Shown here in pieces: positions 8,657-18,175 of a stretch of 64,000 bases of DNA. The stretch is from Candidatus Bipolaricaulota bacterium (GTDB taxonomy: Bacteria > Bipolaricaulota > Bipolaricaulia > RBG-16-55-9 > DRXL01). The stretch is taken from NCBI GenBank assembly GCA_025060395.1, contig JANXCC010000001.1, positions 42,538 through 106,537 of the forward strand. The letters are read 5' to 3'. The first letter of the stretch is position 1, and every line of letters begins with the position of its first letter. Under the pieces are notes generated by a model. It was not told the DNA's origin. It saw only the letters and a program-made list of their open reading frames with translations, and ran no database searches. The translations under genes and the position numbers were made by a program.

Positions 8657-10537
8657 TCACGGCAGCGGCCCAAAGACCGATGCTCCCGTAAGCCAATACG
8701 CTATGAGCGTCTGTAATGTCTTGAGATCGATTATACCAAACTTCACCTTGCCGTCAGCTTCCCTGTTCTTAACTTCTTTGTTTTCAAGCCAGAAGAATGA
8801 GACAGCGGCCGTGATTTGTTCGAGGCTGATCGTTGTGGTCTCTAGCCAGAGATTGACCCGGGGATTGGTCGCATCACTGACGTCCATACGAGCAAAGATC
8901 ACGGGGAAGGGAAGTTTCGTGACGACCCTGATCTCGGCTTCGCCCGTTGTTGTGTGCTCGAACGCCGGCAAGGCACTGCTCACCGAGCCCGAGAGCTTTA
9001 TCACGCGGGATTCAGGGGTATCTGGCTCTGGGATGGTCAGTTCGTATTCGATAGTGCGGATGGCCCCGGCTTCGAGAACTTCCAAGAAGACCCAGAGGAC
9101 CTCCCCAGGGCTCAGGCGGCGCATGGTGGCGCTCTCGGCTGAAATGAGCGTAAACTCCAAATCTCGGTCCATATACTTGGTGAAGCGCTCCGTTACCACT
9201 AGGCCATTGATGCGATCGAGAGCTTGGATGGTGAGCTTCACCTTGACGCGCTCGCCGGGAAGGGTCTCATCGTTGGGAAGATTAGTATCGATCGTTCTTG
9301 TAGCAATCGCGCGCGGCGTAAAGATCTTAATAGTCTTAGAAGCACTGGCCTTCTCGCCATCGGTATCGGTGACTGTGAGCGTAACCGTGTAGCTACCGTC
9401 GGCGCGGTAGCTATGAGTGGGATTCTGGTCTGAAGAGCTTGTTCCGTCGCCGAAGTTCCACTCCCACGCCACGATTCCAACGTCGTCGGTCGAGCGATCG
9501 ATGAAGGCAATAGCCTCATTGGCCTTCGGCTCCGCAGGTGCAAAGTCAAAACTCGCCGAGGGCGGACGATTGCGCTCCCGCACAAATAGCGAGATAGGGC
9601 TGACCGTCGGCGTGACTACGCGTCCGCGGACGTCTACGTACGAAAAGCTCGGCTGCAGTGAGGCTCTCCCGGGCTGAGAGGCGATCACAGTGAAACTCGC
9701 CTCCCAAGATGCTCCGACGGTCAGCCCCTCAAGCTCCCACACGAGCGTCGTCGTCTTGTCAGGGTTAACTGTGACGCGGTTCGGAGCATTGAACGTCGCG
9801 ATACCGTAACTCAAAAACGCCGGCAGAACTAGCGTAATCTTAATCTGTCGTGCGACGATCTTCCTGCCCAACGCTTGGGCGATCTCTCTAGGAACTGTGT
9901 CGGTGAACTGCTCAAAGTACTGGCCTTGGGTGAGGCGGGCCAACTCGCGCAGGAGTGTTCTGTCGGGATTGCGCCCCGTCGCAATCGTAAACAGAACAAC
10001 GCCATTCTCGGCAGCGCGTTGGGCTTGGGAGAGGGGCGTGCGCCCGATGTTGAAACGCCCATCGCTGACCAAGACGATGGCCCACGACGCTTCCTCGCGC
10101 CCGTTTGTCATGAGGGCCTCGACGGCCTTGGCAATCCCTTCTCCAAGGGCGGTCTTGCCCAAGGGCTTCAGAAGCTTAAGCCCCTGGCGCACGGCTTCGT
10201 GATCGAACGTGAGCGGGACGTCCAGACGGGCTTCTGTGCCAAACGAGACCAAGCCAACCCGATCTGACGGCGTCAGCGCTTCAATGACTGCTAAACCGAT
10301 TCGCTCCATCTCGCGGATGTTGGCCGTGGCAGAGCGATCTATCACCAGGAAGAGATCAGCTGGGGTGCGCTCCCCCTGGGCAGAGATCTGTAGGGTTATC
10401 GTGCCTTCCTGGTTAACGAAGAGAGTCGATGGAGAGAAGCTTATCGTGAGCTGCACCGGCGACGTGGTCACTTGGGCCAGCCCGGTTAGCGCGAGCAGCC
10501 CAAGCATCCCTAGAGTGTAGAGCACTCGTCTCATCAT
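8657..10537 (-). CDS. secreted vWA + PKD surface protein with beta-sandwich and duplicated-helix modules
   Basis: vWA (LVIDRSAT, TALGEGI, IVLVSDG); PKD WEWNFGDG; C-terminal ISLEQITAAVSFFW...IDLKTLQTLIAYW. Confidence 0.8.
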   Translation of the reverse strand: MMRRVLYTLGMLGLLALTGLAQVTTSPVQLTISFSPSTLFVNQEGTITLQISAQGERTPADLFLVIDRSATANIREMERIGLAVIEALTPSDRVGLVSFGTEARLDVPLTFDHEAVRQGLKLLKPLGKTALGEGIAKAVEALMTNGREEASWAIVLVSDGRFNIGRTPLSQAQRAAENGVVLFTIATGRNPDRTLLRELARLTQGQYFEQFTDTVPREIAQALGRKIVARQIKITLVLPAFLSYGIATFNAPNRVTVNPDKTTTLVWELEGLTVGASWEASFTVIASQPGRASLQPSFSYVDVRGRVVTPTVSPISLFVRERNRPPSASFDFAPAEPKANEAIAFIDRSTDDVGIVAWEWNFGDGTSSSDQNPTHSYRADGSYTVTLTVTDTDGEKASASKTIKIFTPRAIATRTIDTNLPNDETLPGERVKVKLTIQALDRINGLVVTERFTKYMDRDLEFTLISAESATMRRLSPGEVLWVFLEVLEAGAIRTIEYELTIPEPDTPESRVIKLSGSVSSALPAFEHTTTGEAEIRVVTKLPFPVIFARMDVSDATNPRVNLWLETTTISLEQITAAVSFFWLENKEVKNREADGKVKFGIIDLKTLQTLIAYWLTGASVFGPLP

Positions 10538-10562
10538 CCCGCTCCTTCCGTCGGAAGCAAGC

Positions 10563-12695
10563 TTATCGCGTGGTAGCCGGCAGCGGCTGATCTACTGGTG
10601 TATCTGTCAGCCAGTACGAGACTAGGGTTTGCAGCATCCGGAAGTCTATAGTCTTGCCGCAGGTCCCGACGACTTCCTCGTCCTCGAGCCAGAGCGCAAT
10701 AGCCGTCTGAATCTGAGCGAAACTGATCTTGCTCGACAGGGAGACATCGATAGCATTCTGCTCGACGTTCAAATACGCAATAGCTACAGGGATATCTAAG
10801 CATTCCACAACGTTCACGGTGGTATCCTTGCTGACTTCGCCCTCGAAGCGCGGCGAGAAGGACTCTATGAGCCCTTGGATCGTGTAAGGGCTAATGAGCT
10901 CGTCGGTAGGCACGACCACTTCATAGAGGATGCTGCGACGTGCTCCTGCGGGGATCTTCTCTGTGAAGATCCAGGTGTTTGCGACCTGTTTGAACGCCGC
11001 GCTGACAGTTCCCTCCAAGGGGCGCACCTCCCAGCGCTCTGGAAGCTTCTCGGTGAGCGTCAGGCCAAGGATCTCTTTCTCGGCTTGGATCTCGACCCTT
11101 ACTCTGAAGACATTGCCGTTAGGGGCACGGAGATAGACCTGGAAGAACGGCAGGGGCGTCAAGATCGAGCGCATCGCTGTTCCGCCTATAGCCGTATCTT
11201 CTGGGATGGTGCGATCGACAGGCACCCCCGCTAAATGATGGGCAACGATCTGCTTGAGTACATCCACGCTCAACGGTGCCTCACACGTGCCTGGCACAGG
11301 GGTATCCTCTTGCCAGAATGCGACCGCCCGTTGCATCTGATCGAACGTGATCTCTTCTGACATTCGGAGATCGATCGTATCGGTGGCGGTATCTAAGTGA
11401 GCGATGGCGACGATCGCCGGCAAGCACCTTACAATCGAGATGCGCGAGAACGCTTCATTGGTCTCACCAAGCACGGGGATCTCTTTGATATCGGGGACGG
11501 TGCTAGAGATCCTCCCGACGATATCGAAATCTTGGGGCAGCGGCCCGCCGATCAGCTGATCGGTCTTGGGGATAGTCACGTCATAGACGATCCGACGCGT
11601 CTCGCCGCTGCGCACAATTGTGGGGAATATCCATTGGGTTTGAGCGGCTTTGAACGTCGCCCCGGCGCTGTCGATCGGGGTGACCTCCCAGTTAGCGGGG
11701 AGGTCTTCATCCAATCCTAAGCCGCTCATCGAGGTTCGGACGGTGATGGTGACCGTGACTCTGAATGTCGTTCCAGGGGCGGCGTGCGTCGTCGAGAGGG
11801 TGCGCCGCGCGAACGCGACTTCCTTCTCGACCATGATGGTCTTGGTGACCTGGCCGATAGCGCCCTTGTCGTCGGTGACGCGTAGCGTTACTCGCACTTC
11901 GCCGATTTGGGTGAATGTATATTGCACAATGGGCTTCTCGGTGGAGATCTCAAAGACGCCGTCGGAGTTGAAGTCCCATTCGTATTTGACGATCTTGCCG
12001 TCGGCCACGGTGCTGGCGCGGGCGTCGAACGTCACGGGCACGTTGACGCTCACGACTGTAGGAGAGTACGTAAAGTCGGCTTTCGGGGGCGCGCGCCGGA
12101 AAGCGCTCAGCACTAATGGTTCAGTGAGGCTGGGCAACTGAAATCTCTCTGGAGCGAGCGGATCGCCGCTGAGCACCTGCCAGCCGTCAATGCCTCGTGT
12201 GAACGTTGGGGTAATGACGATTTCGAACTCCTCGGGCAGCCCGTTGATGACGACGCCGTCGGCGCGCTCGGGCAGCCAGCGCCAGGTCATGGTGGCTACC
12301 GGCGGGTTGAACTCATAGGTGTCAGCAGGGTCATCGCGCAGGGCGATCCGTGCCGTGGGCGGCAGCCCATCGAAGCGCAGGGTTGCCTCGCCGCCCCCGA
12401 CGTTGCCCGGCTTGCTCAAGATAATTATCAGACTCAATGCGTTTGTCGTTGCATCGCGATGGAGAAAGACAATCGCTTGATTAGGGACTTCTAAGCCTGT
12501 GTTAGGCTGGTCGTTGGTGTAACGATAGAAATCTATAGCGGATCCCGGTTGGGTCAGGGGAGTGATCGGCGTGGAGAAGGCTCCTTGACGGGCTAGGAAG
12601 AACGAAGTCGTCTGTACCGTCCCTTGGCTTGCTCCGGTCACAGCAATGAGGGCCAACACTATGAGCCCACAGAGAGCTTGTCGAATGACACGCAT
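10563..12695 (-). CDS. secreted PKD protein with two tandem (beta-sandwich + duplicated-helix) units
   Basis: SD AAGGAGG before MRVIRQ; PKD YEWDFNSDG; internal duplication visible. Confidence 0.8.
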   Translation of the reverse strand: MRVIRQALCGLIVLALIAVTGASQGTVQTTSFFLARQGAFSTPITPLTQPGSAIDFYRYTNDQPNTGLEVPNQAIVFLHRDATTNALSLIIILSKPGNVGGGEATLRFDGLPPTARIALRDDPADTYEFNPPVATMTWRWLPERADGVVINGLPEEFEIVITPTFTRGIDGWQVLSGDPLAPERFQLPSLTEPLVLSAFRRAPPKADFTYSPTVVSVNVPVTFDARASTVADGKIVKYEWDFNSDGVFEISTEKPIVQYTFTQIGEVRVTLRVTDDKGAIGQVTKTIMVEKEVAFARRTLSTTHAAPGTTFRVTVTITVRTSMSGLGLDEDLPANWEVTPIDSAGATFKAAQTQWIFPTIVRSGETRRIVYDVTIPKTDQLIGGPLPQDFDIVGRISSTVPDIKEIPVLGETNEAFSRISIVRCLPAIVAIAHLDTATDTIDLRMSEEITFDQMQRAVAFWQEDTPVPGTCEAPLSVDVLKQIVAHHLAGVPVDRTIPEDTAIGGTAMRSILTPLPFFQVYLRAPNGNVFRVRVEIQAEKEILGLTLTEKLPERWEVRPLEGTVSAAFKQVANTWIFTEKIPAGARRSILYEVVVPTDELISPYTIQGLIESFSPRFEGEVSKDTTVNVVECLDIPVAIAYLNVEQNAIDVSLSSKISFAQIQTAIALWLEDEEVVGTCGKTIDFRMLQTLVSYWLTDTPVDQPLPATTR

Positions 12696-12869
12696 CGCGG
12701 CCTCCTTCTGTATCATAGCCTGTCTCAGTATAGCGAGCGATCCCTCCTGAGACAGTGATTCAAGTTACCCATTCCGCAAGCTCCCCTTGGTTTGAGCATA
12801 GCACAGCTTGTGCCCAAAGGCAAGCGGGCGTAATGGCCATCACATTCTATAAAAATTTACGGGTGCCTT

Positions 12870-13045
12870 CGAGGTCTGGGGCGACACTCGCAATGGGCGT
12901 TTGTCTGGAAGCGAAGTGCGCTCTGTCCAGATAAAACGAAGTTGGGCCCCATGCCGTGTGACAGGAGGGTCGAGGCTTTGTTCGCGGCAATCTGGCGGGC
13001 CAGATTGACGATGGCTTTTCGGATGGGGCCCAACCCAGACTATCG
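12870..13045 (+). ncRNA. candidate structured non-coding RNA, unassigned
   Basis: Nested stems including a perfect 12-bp GTTGGGCCCCAT/ATGGGGCCCAAC, CAATCTGGC/GCCAGATTG, TCTGGA/TCCAGA and outer GTCTGG/CCAGAC; no convincing ORF. Confidence 0.4.
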
Positions 13046-13120
13046 TAATTTTAGTATCAGGGATAGCCGCTCTCTCAGTCAATGAGGTCTATCAAGAGAA
13101 AACCTGAAGTTGATCAGAAC

Positions 13121-13435
13121 TCATTGGAGCTCTTGGTACAGATCGACATCGCCGTTCTTAGCGATTTGCTTGTCTTCGTAGGGAGCCCCTAAGCGCCGAT
13201 AGAACTCGTCGGCAACGTTGTGAAAGACGCCCGTCACTGTAGCGATGAGCCAGTAGCGCAGCGTGCCAAAGTGCAATTGGATGACCTTAAGCGCTAACCG
13301 CGTGCACGCGTAGTTTAGAAGCCCGGCGAATGCGGCGTCGTAGTTGTGGGCCTTTGCCTGGACGACGATTTGCTGAGCAAGTTGGTCGATGAGGGGATCC
13401 AAGGGACGACGATCTTGTTGCGTGATGTAAGGCAT
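13121..13435 (-). CDS. small conserved hypothetical protein (MPYI...PYEDxxIxxNGDV family)
   Basis: SD AAGGAGG before MPYITQQDRR; LLNY, EFYRR, PYEDKQIAKNGDV. Confidence 0.75.
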   Translation of the reverse strand: MPYITQQDRRPLDPLIDQLAQQIVVQAKAHNYDAAFAGLLNYACTRLALKVIQLHFGTLRYWLIATVTGVFHNVADEFYRRLGAPYEDKQIAKNGDVDLYQELQ

Positions 13436-13605
13436 AGAGACCTCCTTTGCAAGAGTTATTCTACCGAATGGGGGTAAGCCCAGCGATTCGCTTCTCAGAG
13501 GGAAGCGAGCCCTGTAAGAGCGTCTCTCCCAGAGCTGTCTAGCGCCCATACCCTCGATAGTGTAAAATAGCCGCCGTAAATCTAACACATAAGGAGGGTT
13601 GAACT

Positions 13606-15534
13606 ATGATCGTCAAGCTGCCCGACGGACGGATCATCGAGCACCATGGCCCTGCAGCCCTGAAGGACGTGCTCGCCACCACGGCGAAGGAGCTCCTGGC
13701 GACCACCGTCGGCGCCAAGCTTGACGGTGAAATCGTCGATTTCCATCGAGTGCTCCCGGATGACGCCACAGTCGAGCTGATCCCCCTAGATTCCCCTGAG
13801 GGAGCTTCGATCTATAGACATAGCTATTCGCATATTATGGCCCAGGCCGTGCGGCGACTCTTCCCCGGTGCAAAATTAGCTATCGGCCCAGCTATCGAAG
13901 ATGGCTTCTATTACGACTTCGATGTCGAACGCCCTTTCACACCTGAGGACCTAGAAAAGATCGAAGCCGAGATGGAGAAGATCGTCCAGGAGAATTATAA
14001 ATTTGAGAGACTCGAGATCTCTAAAGACGAAGCGCGCCATATGCTCCGGGACGAGCCGTACAAGCTTGAGCTCTTGGACGAAATCCCCGACGAGACCGTC
14101 TCGTTCTATCGCGACGGGGATTTTATAGATCTCTGTCGCGGCCCGCATATGCTCAGCACCGGCCAAGTCAAATACTTTAAGCTCTTAAACGTTGCTGGGG
14201 CGTACTGGCGCGGCGACGAGCGCAACAAGATGCTCCAACGCATCTACGGCACCGCGTTCGCGACCAAAGAAGCGTTAGAGCAATACCTACAGATGCTCGA
14301 AGAGGCTAAGAAACGCGATCACAGAAAGCTTGGCAGGGAGCTAGAGATATTCTTCTTCGATGAGGAGGTTGGGCCGGGACTGCCCTTATGGCTGCCCAAG
14401 GGCGCGATCATCATCGAAGAATTAGAGAAATTAGCGAAAGAGACTGAAGCCAAAGCTGGGTATCTGAGAGTCCGTACGCCGCACATCTGCAAAGAGTCTA
14501 TGTATCTGAAGAGCGGGCACTTGCCGTACTATCAAGAATCAATGTACCCGCCGATGGAGCTGGAGGGCGTAAGATACTATCTGAAGCCCATGAACTGCCC
14601 CCACCATCATAAGATCTTTGCTGCCGTACCCAGAAGCTATCGCGATCTCCCCCTGAGATTAGCCGAGTACGGCACGTGCTATCGCTACGAAAAGTCAGGC
14701 GAGCTCTTTGGGCTGATGCGCGTGCGCAGCATGCAAATGAACGACGCCCATATCTACTGCACGCTGGAGCAGTTTGAAGAAGAGTTTCTCGCCGTCTGCC
14801 GAATGTATCTGAATTACTTTAAGCTCTTTGGGATCGAAAAGTATCTGATGCGCTTCAGCACTCATGATCCGAAAGAGTTGGGCAAGAAGTACGTCAACGA
14901 GCCCGAACTCTGGAAGCAGACCGAAGATATGGTGCGCCGTGCGCTTAAGAACGGCGGGATCAATTACGTCGAAGTCCCAGGAGAAGCTGCCTTCTACGGG
15001 CCAAAGATCGACGTGCAGGTCTGGAGCGCCATCGGGCGCGAGTTCACCCTAGCGACCAATCAAGTCGACTTTGCTGTCCCTAGGCGCTTCGGGCTGGTCT
15101 ACAAGAACGCTCAGGGGCAAGACGAGATCCCTATCTGCATCCATCGCGCGCCATTAGGCACTCACGAGCGCTTAATCGGCTTCTTGATCGAGCATTACGC
15201 CGGAGCCTTCCCCGTATGGCTCTCCCCAGTCCAGGCCGTAGTGCTGCCTATCACTGATCGTCAGCACGAGTACGCGCAGAGGGTCCTCCACAAGCTCAAG
15301 GAGGCCAACATCCGTGCTGAGCTCGACGGTAGCAGCCATACGCTGAACTATCGCATTCGGCACCATCAATCCCAGAAGGTCCCATATATGCTTATTGTGG
15401 GGGAACGCGAGGCGCAGAGCGATCAGGTCGCGGTGCGCCTGCGCACGGGGAAGGATCTTGGGCCCAAGCCCCTCAATGAAGTCATTCAGTTAATCTGTGA
15501 GAAGATCGCTACTCGGTCGCTAGATTTGGAGTGA
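13606..15534 (+). CDS. thrS: threonine--tRNA ligase
   Basis: TGS domain, DLCRGPH, KPMNCPHH, AAFYGPKID, IHRA motifs. Confidence 0.98.
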   Translation: MIVKLPDGRIIEHHGPAALKDVLATTAKELLATTVGAKLDGEIVDFHRVLPDDATVELIPLDSPEGASIYRHSYSHIMAQAVRRLFPGAKLAIGPAIEDGFYYDFDVERPFTPEDLEKIEAEMEKIVQENYKFERLEISKDEARHMLRDEPYKLELLDEIPDETVSFYRDGDFIDLCRGPHMLSTGQVKYFKLLNVAGAYWRGDERNKMLQRIYGTAFATKEALEQYLQMLEEAKKRDHRKLGRELEIFFFDEEVGPGLPLWLPKGAIIIEELEKLAKETEAKAGYLRVRTPHICKESMYLKSGHLPYYQESMYPPMELEGVRYYLKPMNCPHHHKIFAAVPRSYRDLPLRLAEYGTCYRYEKSGELFGLMRVRSMQMNDAHIYCTLEQFEEEFLAVCRMYLNYFKLFGIEKYLMRFSTHDPKELGKKYVNEPELWKQTEDMVRRALKNGGINYVEVPGEAAFYGPKIDVQVWSAIGREFTLATNQVDFAVPRRFGLVYKNAQGQDEIPICIHRAPLGTHERLIGFLIEHYAGAFPVWLSPVQAVVLPITDRQHEYAQRVLHKLKEANIRAELDGSSHTLNYRIRHHQSQKVPYMLIVGEREAQSDQVAVRLRTGKDLGPKPLNEVIQLICEKIATRSLDLE

Positions 15535-15547
15535 GAGGAAAGGAGAG

Positions 15548-15574
15548 CCCGGCAGGAAGGGGCTTCCTGCCGGG
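15548..15574. terminator. GC-rich hairpin between convergent genes
   Basis: CCCGGCAGGAAG-GGG-CTTCCTGCCGGG perfect 12-bp stem; no U-tract. Confidence 0.6.
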
Positions 15575-15594
15575 AGGGCCTGCATCCTCCGGGC

Positions 15595-15708
15595 CTAGCG
15601 GAGGGGTAGTAGCTGAATCACAGAGAAGAACGAGACCAGCGCCATCGCTATCGTCAAGAGCGCTGAGCTTCCAAGGACGATCTGTCGCGAGCGTGAGAGC
15701 GTCTTCAT
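15595..15708 (-). CDS. 37-aa small membrane protein
   Basis: TACACT -10 box, SD AAGGGGGA, ATG; basic N-terminus followed by one hydrophobic helix. Confidence 0.5.
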   Translation of the reverse strand: MKTLSRSRQIVLGSSALLTIAMALVSFFSVIQLLPLR

Positions 15709-15797
15709 GGTTTGTATTCCCCCTTGTGCCGAGCTAAGTGTAGCGCAGCGGGGGTACAGAGTCTGTACAGGCGAAGTGAAAATTTCGTGGAAAAGGG

Positions 15798-15836
15798 AAA
15801 AAAACCCCCCTCCCGCAGCTGCGGGAGAGGGGTTTT
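15798..15836 (-). terminator. intrinsic terminator after the vWA gene
   Basis: AAAACCCCTCTCCCGC/GCGGGAGGGGGGTTTT stem with T7 on the minus strand. Confidence 0.85.
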
Positions 15837-15850
15837 GAGCCAGGAGCACT

Positions 15851-18103
15851 TCAGCGCATCAAGACGAACTTGCCTAGGAGACGACTCTGGTGTCCGTCGG
15901 GTCTTGTAATGACGAGCACATACCAATAGAGCCCATTGGCTGGGATGCGTGACCAGCGCAGGGAGAGCGTTGGCCCAGAGCTCTCTTGAGTGGTAAGCAG
16001 CCGTCCATCCAAGCCGTATACAGCAACTTTCAGGAAGCAGCTGGGACAGCCGGGCACGCTCCAGCGGAGCTCTCTAGGGGTGAAGCGCACGTTCTGTCCA
16101 GAAGCCTTTAGCTCAATGAACTCTTGAGGGCTGACGAGGCGGAAGCGCTTGCGTCGGTCAGCGAGCTTCAAGGCTGCGCGCACCTGCGAAGAGATCTTAT
16201 CGATACGGGCAATCGCGCCGTTCATCAGGACGCGCCACTGCGCAAACGCCATCAGCAGCTTATCGCGAGCACTTTGGAGCAGCTCTGCAGGCGACATCGC
16301 TGTGATGGGGTCGACGGCGAGCCCTCCGAACCCTGAGAGGCTCTCATCAGCTTCTGCAAGCAAATCGAGCGCCTCTTCGAGCATCGCTTCGATCTCATCC
16401 AACCGGTCGTTTGAGCCTTCAGCAAAGTTGAGGAACTCCTCAATAGTCTTGTGAATGCGAGTGGCGCGCTCTGTGCTGATCGTGTTGGCTTGGGTCAGCG
16501 CGTCCACTTGGGCACGTACCCCTTCGGCCCGCTGCACCAGAGACTCCATCAACAGACGAGTATCGGCAAGGGAGACGAGCAGCTCATTGACTGTCTCTTG
16601 AGTCTGGCGGATAAGCTGGCGAGCGCGCTCGTGTGCCCCAAAACTATTCAGCAAGTTGAGGGCCAAGCGTAGATCCTCAAGGGGCTTGGAGAAGCTCAAG
16701 GTGCGCCCATGCCCAATGATATCGCGCTTCATAGCGCCAAGCTCATCGCGCCCTGGTCTAGGAGGGGCGATCTTCTTGGCCTCAACAGAGACGGTACAAG
16801 AAGCACTAGCACCCTCAGGATCTCTGACGGTCAGCCTCACAGAGTACGCGCCTTCTTTGTCGGCTTGGAACGACGTGACAGCGGCTGTGGGATCGGCGAT
16901 TGCGGCCTGGCTCTCAGCAGGCTTCGTGATGAACTCCCATCGATATGTCAGATCTTTCCCCTCAGGATCGGAGGATCCGGAGCCGTCGAGGGTGACCGTC
17001 TGGCCGACGAAGACTTCTGGGGAGACAGTCCCACAGAGGGCCGTCGGCGGCTGATTGGGTGGCGGGGCTTGGGTCACTGTAATCGTCTGTTGGGCTGTTT
17101 GCGTAGCTCCCGCGCTGTCTGTGACCGTGAGCGCGATAGTGACGTTCCCCGGGGTTACCGGGCAGGTGAAGCTCACGGTGGGCCCGAGGGCATCCGGCTG
17201 CCCGTCGCCGTTGAAGTCCCATTCGTATTTAGTAATCTGGCCATCGGGATCGAAGGAACCGGAGCCATCGAGCCTGATGGTCTGCCCTGTATTACAAGAA
17301 TACGGCTGGGTATCAGGCTGACCGTCAGGGATGGGGCCGGGATCGGCCACAGGGGTCTGGTTAAGGGTAATTACTAATTTCTGTTTCAGGGCACTCTCTA
17401 GATCTGCGAACGACCTGACGATGATGACAAAGCCGTTTTGTTGCCTAGGGGGAAAGGGGGGCGCGATGCGCCCTGGTTGCGGCCAGACTAATTGGAGCAA
17501 GAAGTCTCTAAATGCCGGTTCTTCTTCAACGGTGCCGATCCCCTCGGCATCCAACTGGTCGAGCCCGGCGGCTACAGCTTCATCTCGGGCTTGGAGCGCT
17601 TGGCGTTTGGCTTCTTCAACGGGAGGGGGCATATTCGGCTGGCCATCGGTGATGATATTGAAGACCTGCTGGGCGCCAGGACGAGCCTTGGCCCCAGATA
17701 TCAGCGTAGTGGCCAGGCGAATCCCCGAGACCATGGGCGTGAGACCGCCCCCCTTAATGATAGCTCGCACCCGGGTTACTATCTCTCCAACGTTATCTGC
17801 CGTAATGACCGTCATGGGGACTTCGACGCGCGCCCCAGGAATTCGGGTCGTCGGATCCGTGATGTTAGCTGAGAACTGCACCAAACCGAACTCGACGGTG
17901 CCGTTTTGAGGCACGACGGCAGGATCAGAGATCGCATTGGCAATACCGTTGATCATGGTGATGAAATCGGCGTTCGAGATGCTGCCCGAACCGTCTATGA
18001 TGATCACGAGCTGAGTTTTGACGGTATTGGCCGGTTGAGCACTGGATAGGCTGATCCCTAGACAGAGCAGCCCCATAGTCACGAGAAACACCCTAGCGCT
18101 CAT
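15851..18103 (-). CDS. secreted vWA-PKD-PKD-helical protein with C-terminal FlgD-Ig/T9SS-CTD-like domain
   Basis: Signal peptide; MIDAS DGSGS; two PKD domains (LDGSGSFDPDG, LDGSGSSDPEG); C-terminus VYGLDGR...ANGLYWY...KFVLMR. Confidence 0.8.
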   Translation of the reverse strand: MSARVFLVTMGLLCLGISLSSAQPANTVKTQLVIIIDGSGSISNADFITMINGIANAISDPAVVPQNGTVEFGLVQFSANITDPTTRIPGARVEVPMTVITADNVGEIVTRVRAIIKGGGLTPMVSGIRLATTLISGAKARPGAQQVFNIITDGQPNMPPPVEEAKRQALQARDEAVAAGLDQLDAEGIGTVEEEPAFRDFLLQLVWPQPGRIAPPFPPRQQNGFVIIVRSFADLESALKQKLVITLNQTPVADPGPIPDGQPDTQPYSCNTGQTIRLDGSGSFDPDGQITKYEWDFNGDGQPDALGPTVSFTCPVTPGNVTIALTVTDSAGATQTAQQTITVTQAPPPNQPPTALCGTVSPEVFVGQTVTLDGSGSSDPEGKDLTYRWEFITKPAESQAAIADPTAAVTSFQADKEGAYSVRLTVRDPEGASASCTVSVEAKKIAPPRPGRDELGAMKRDIIGHGRTLSFSKPLEDLRLALNLLNSFGAHERARQLIRQTQETVNELLVSLADTRLLMESLVQRAEGVRAQVDALTQANTISTERATRIHKTIEEFLNFAEGSNDRLDEIEAMLEEALDLLAEADESLSGFGGLAVDPITAMSPAELLQSARDKLLMAFAQWRVLMNGAIARIDKISSQVRAALKLADRRKRFRLVSPQEFIELKASGQNVRFTPRELRWSVPGCPSCFLKVAVYGLDGRLLTTQESSGPTLSLRWSRIPANGLYWYVLVITRPDGHQSRLLGKFVLMR

Positions 18104-18175
18104 TGTGAGAAAACCTCCTTCGTCGATCGCGCTCTGAGGGCATTATAGCATAAGATCCTACCTGTGCAATGTAAC

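Noticed and set aside
8601-9392. 263-aa plus-strand ORF, and similar antisense ORFs at 16709, 28359, 47397 and 58930
   Set aside because: Antisense shadows of well-supported genes in GC-rich DNA; no motifs.
12840-13082. 80-aa minus-strand ORF
   Set aside because: TTG start, no SD and no motif; the region is better explained by RNA-like pairing.
13441-13605. Possible T-box upstream of thrS
   Set aside because: No T-box consensus or terminator; a -10-like TAAAAT lies close to the SD.
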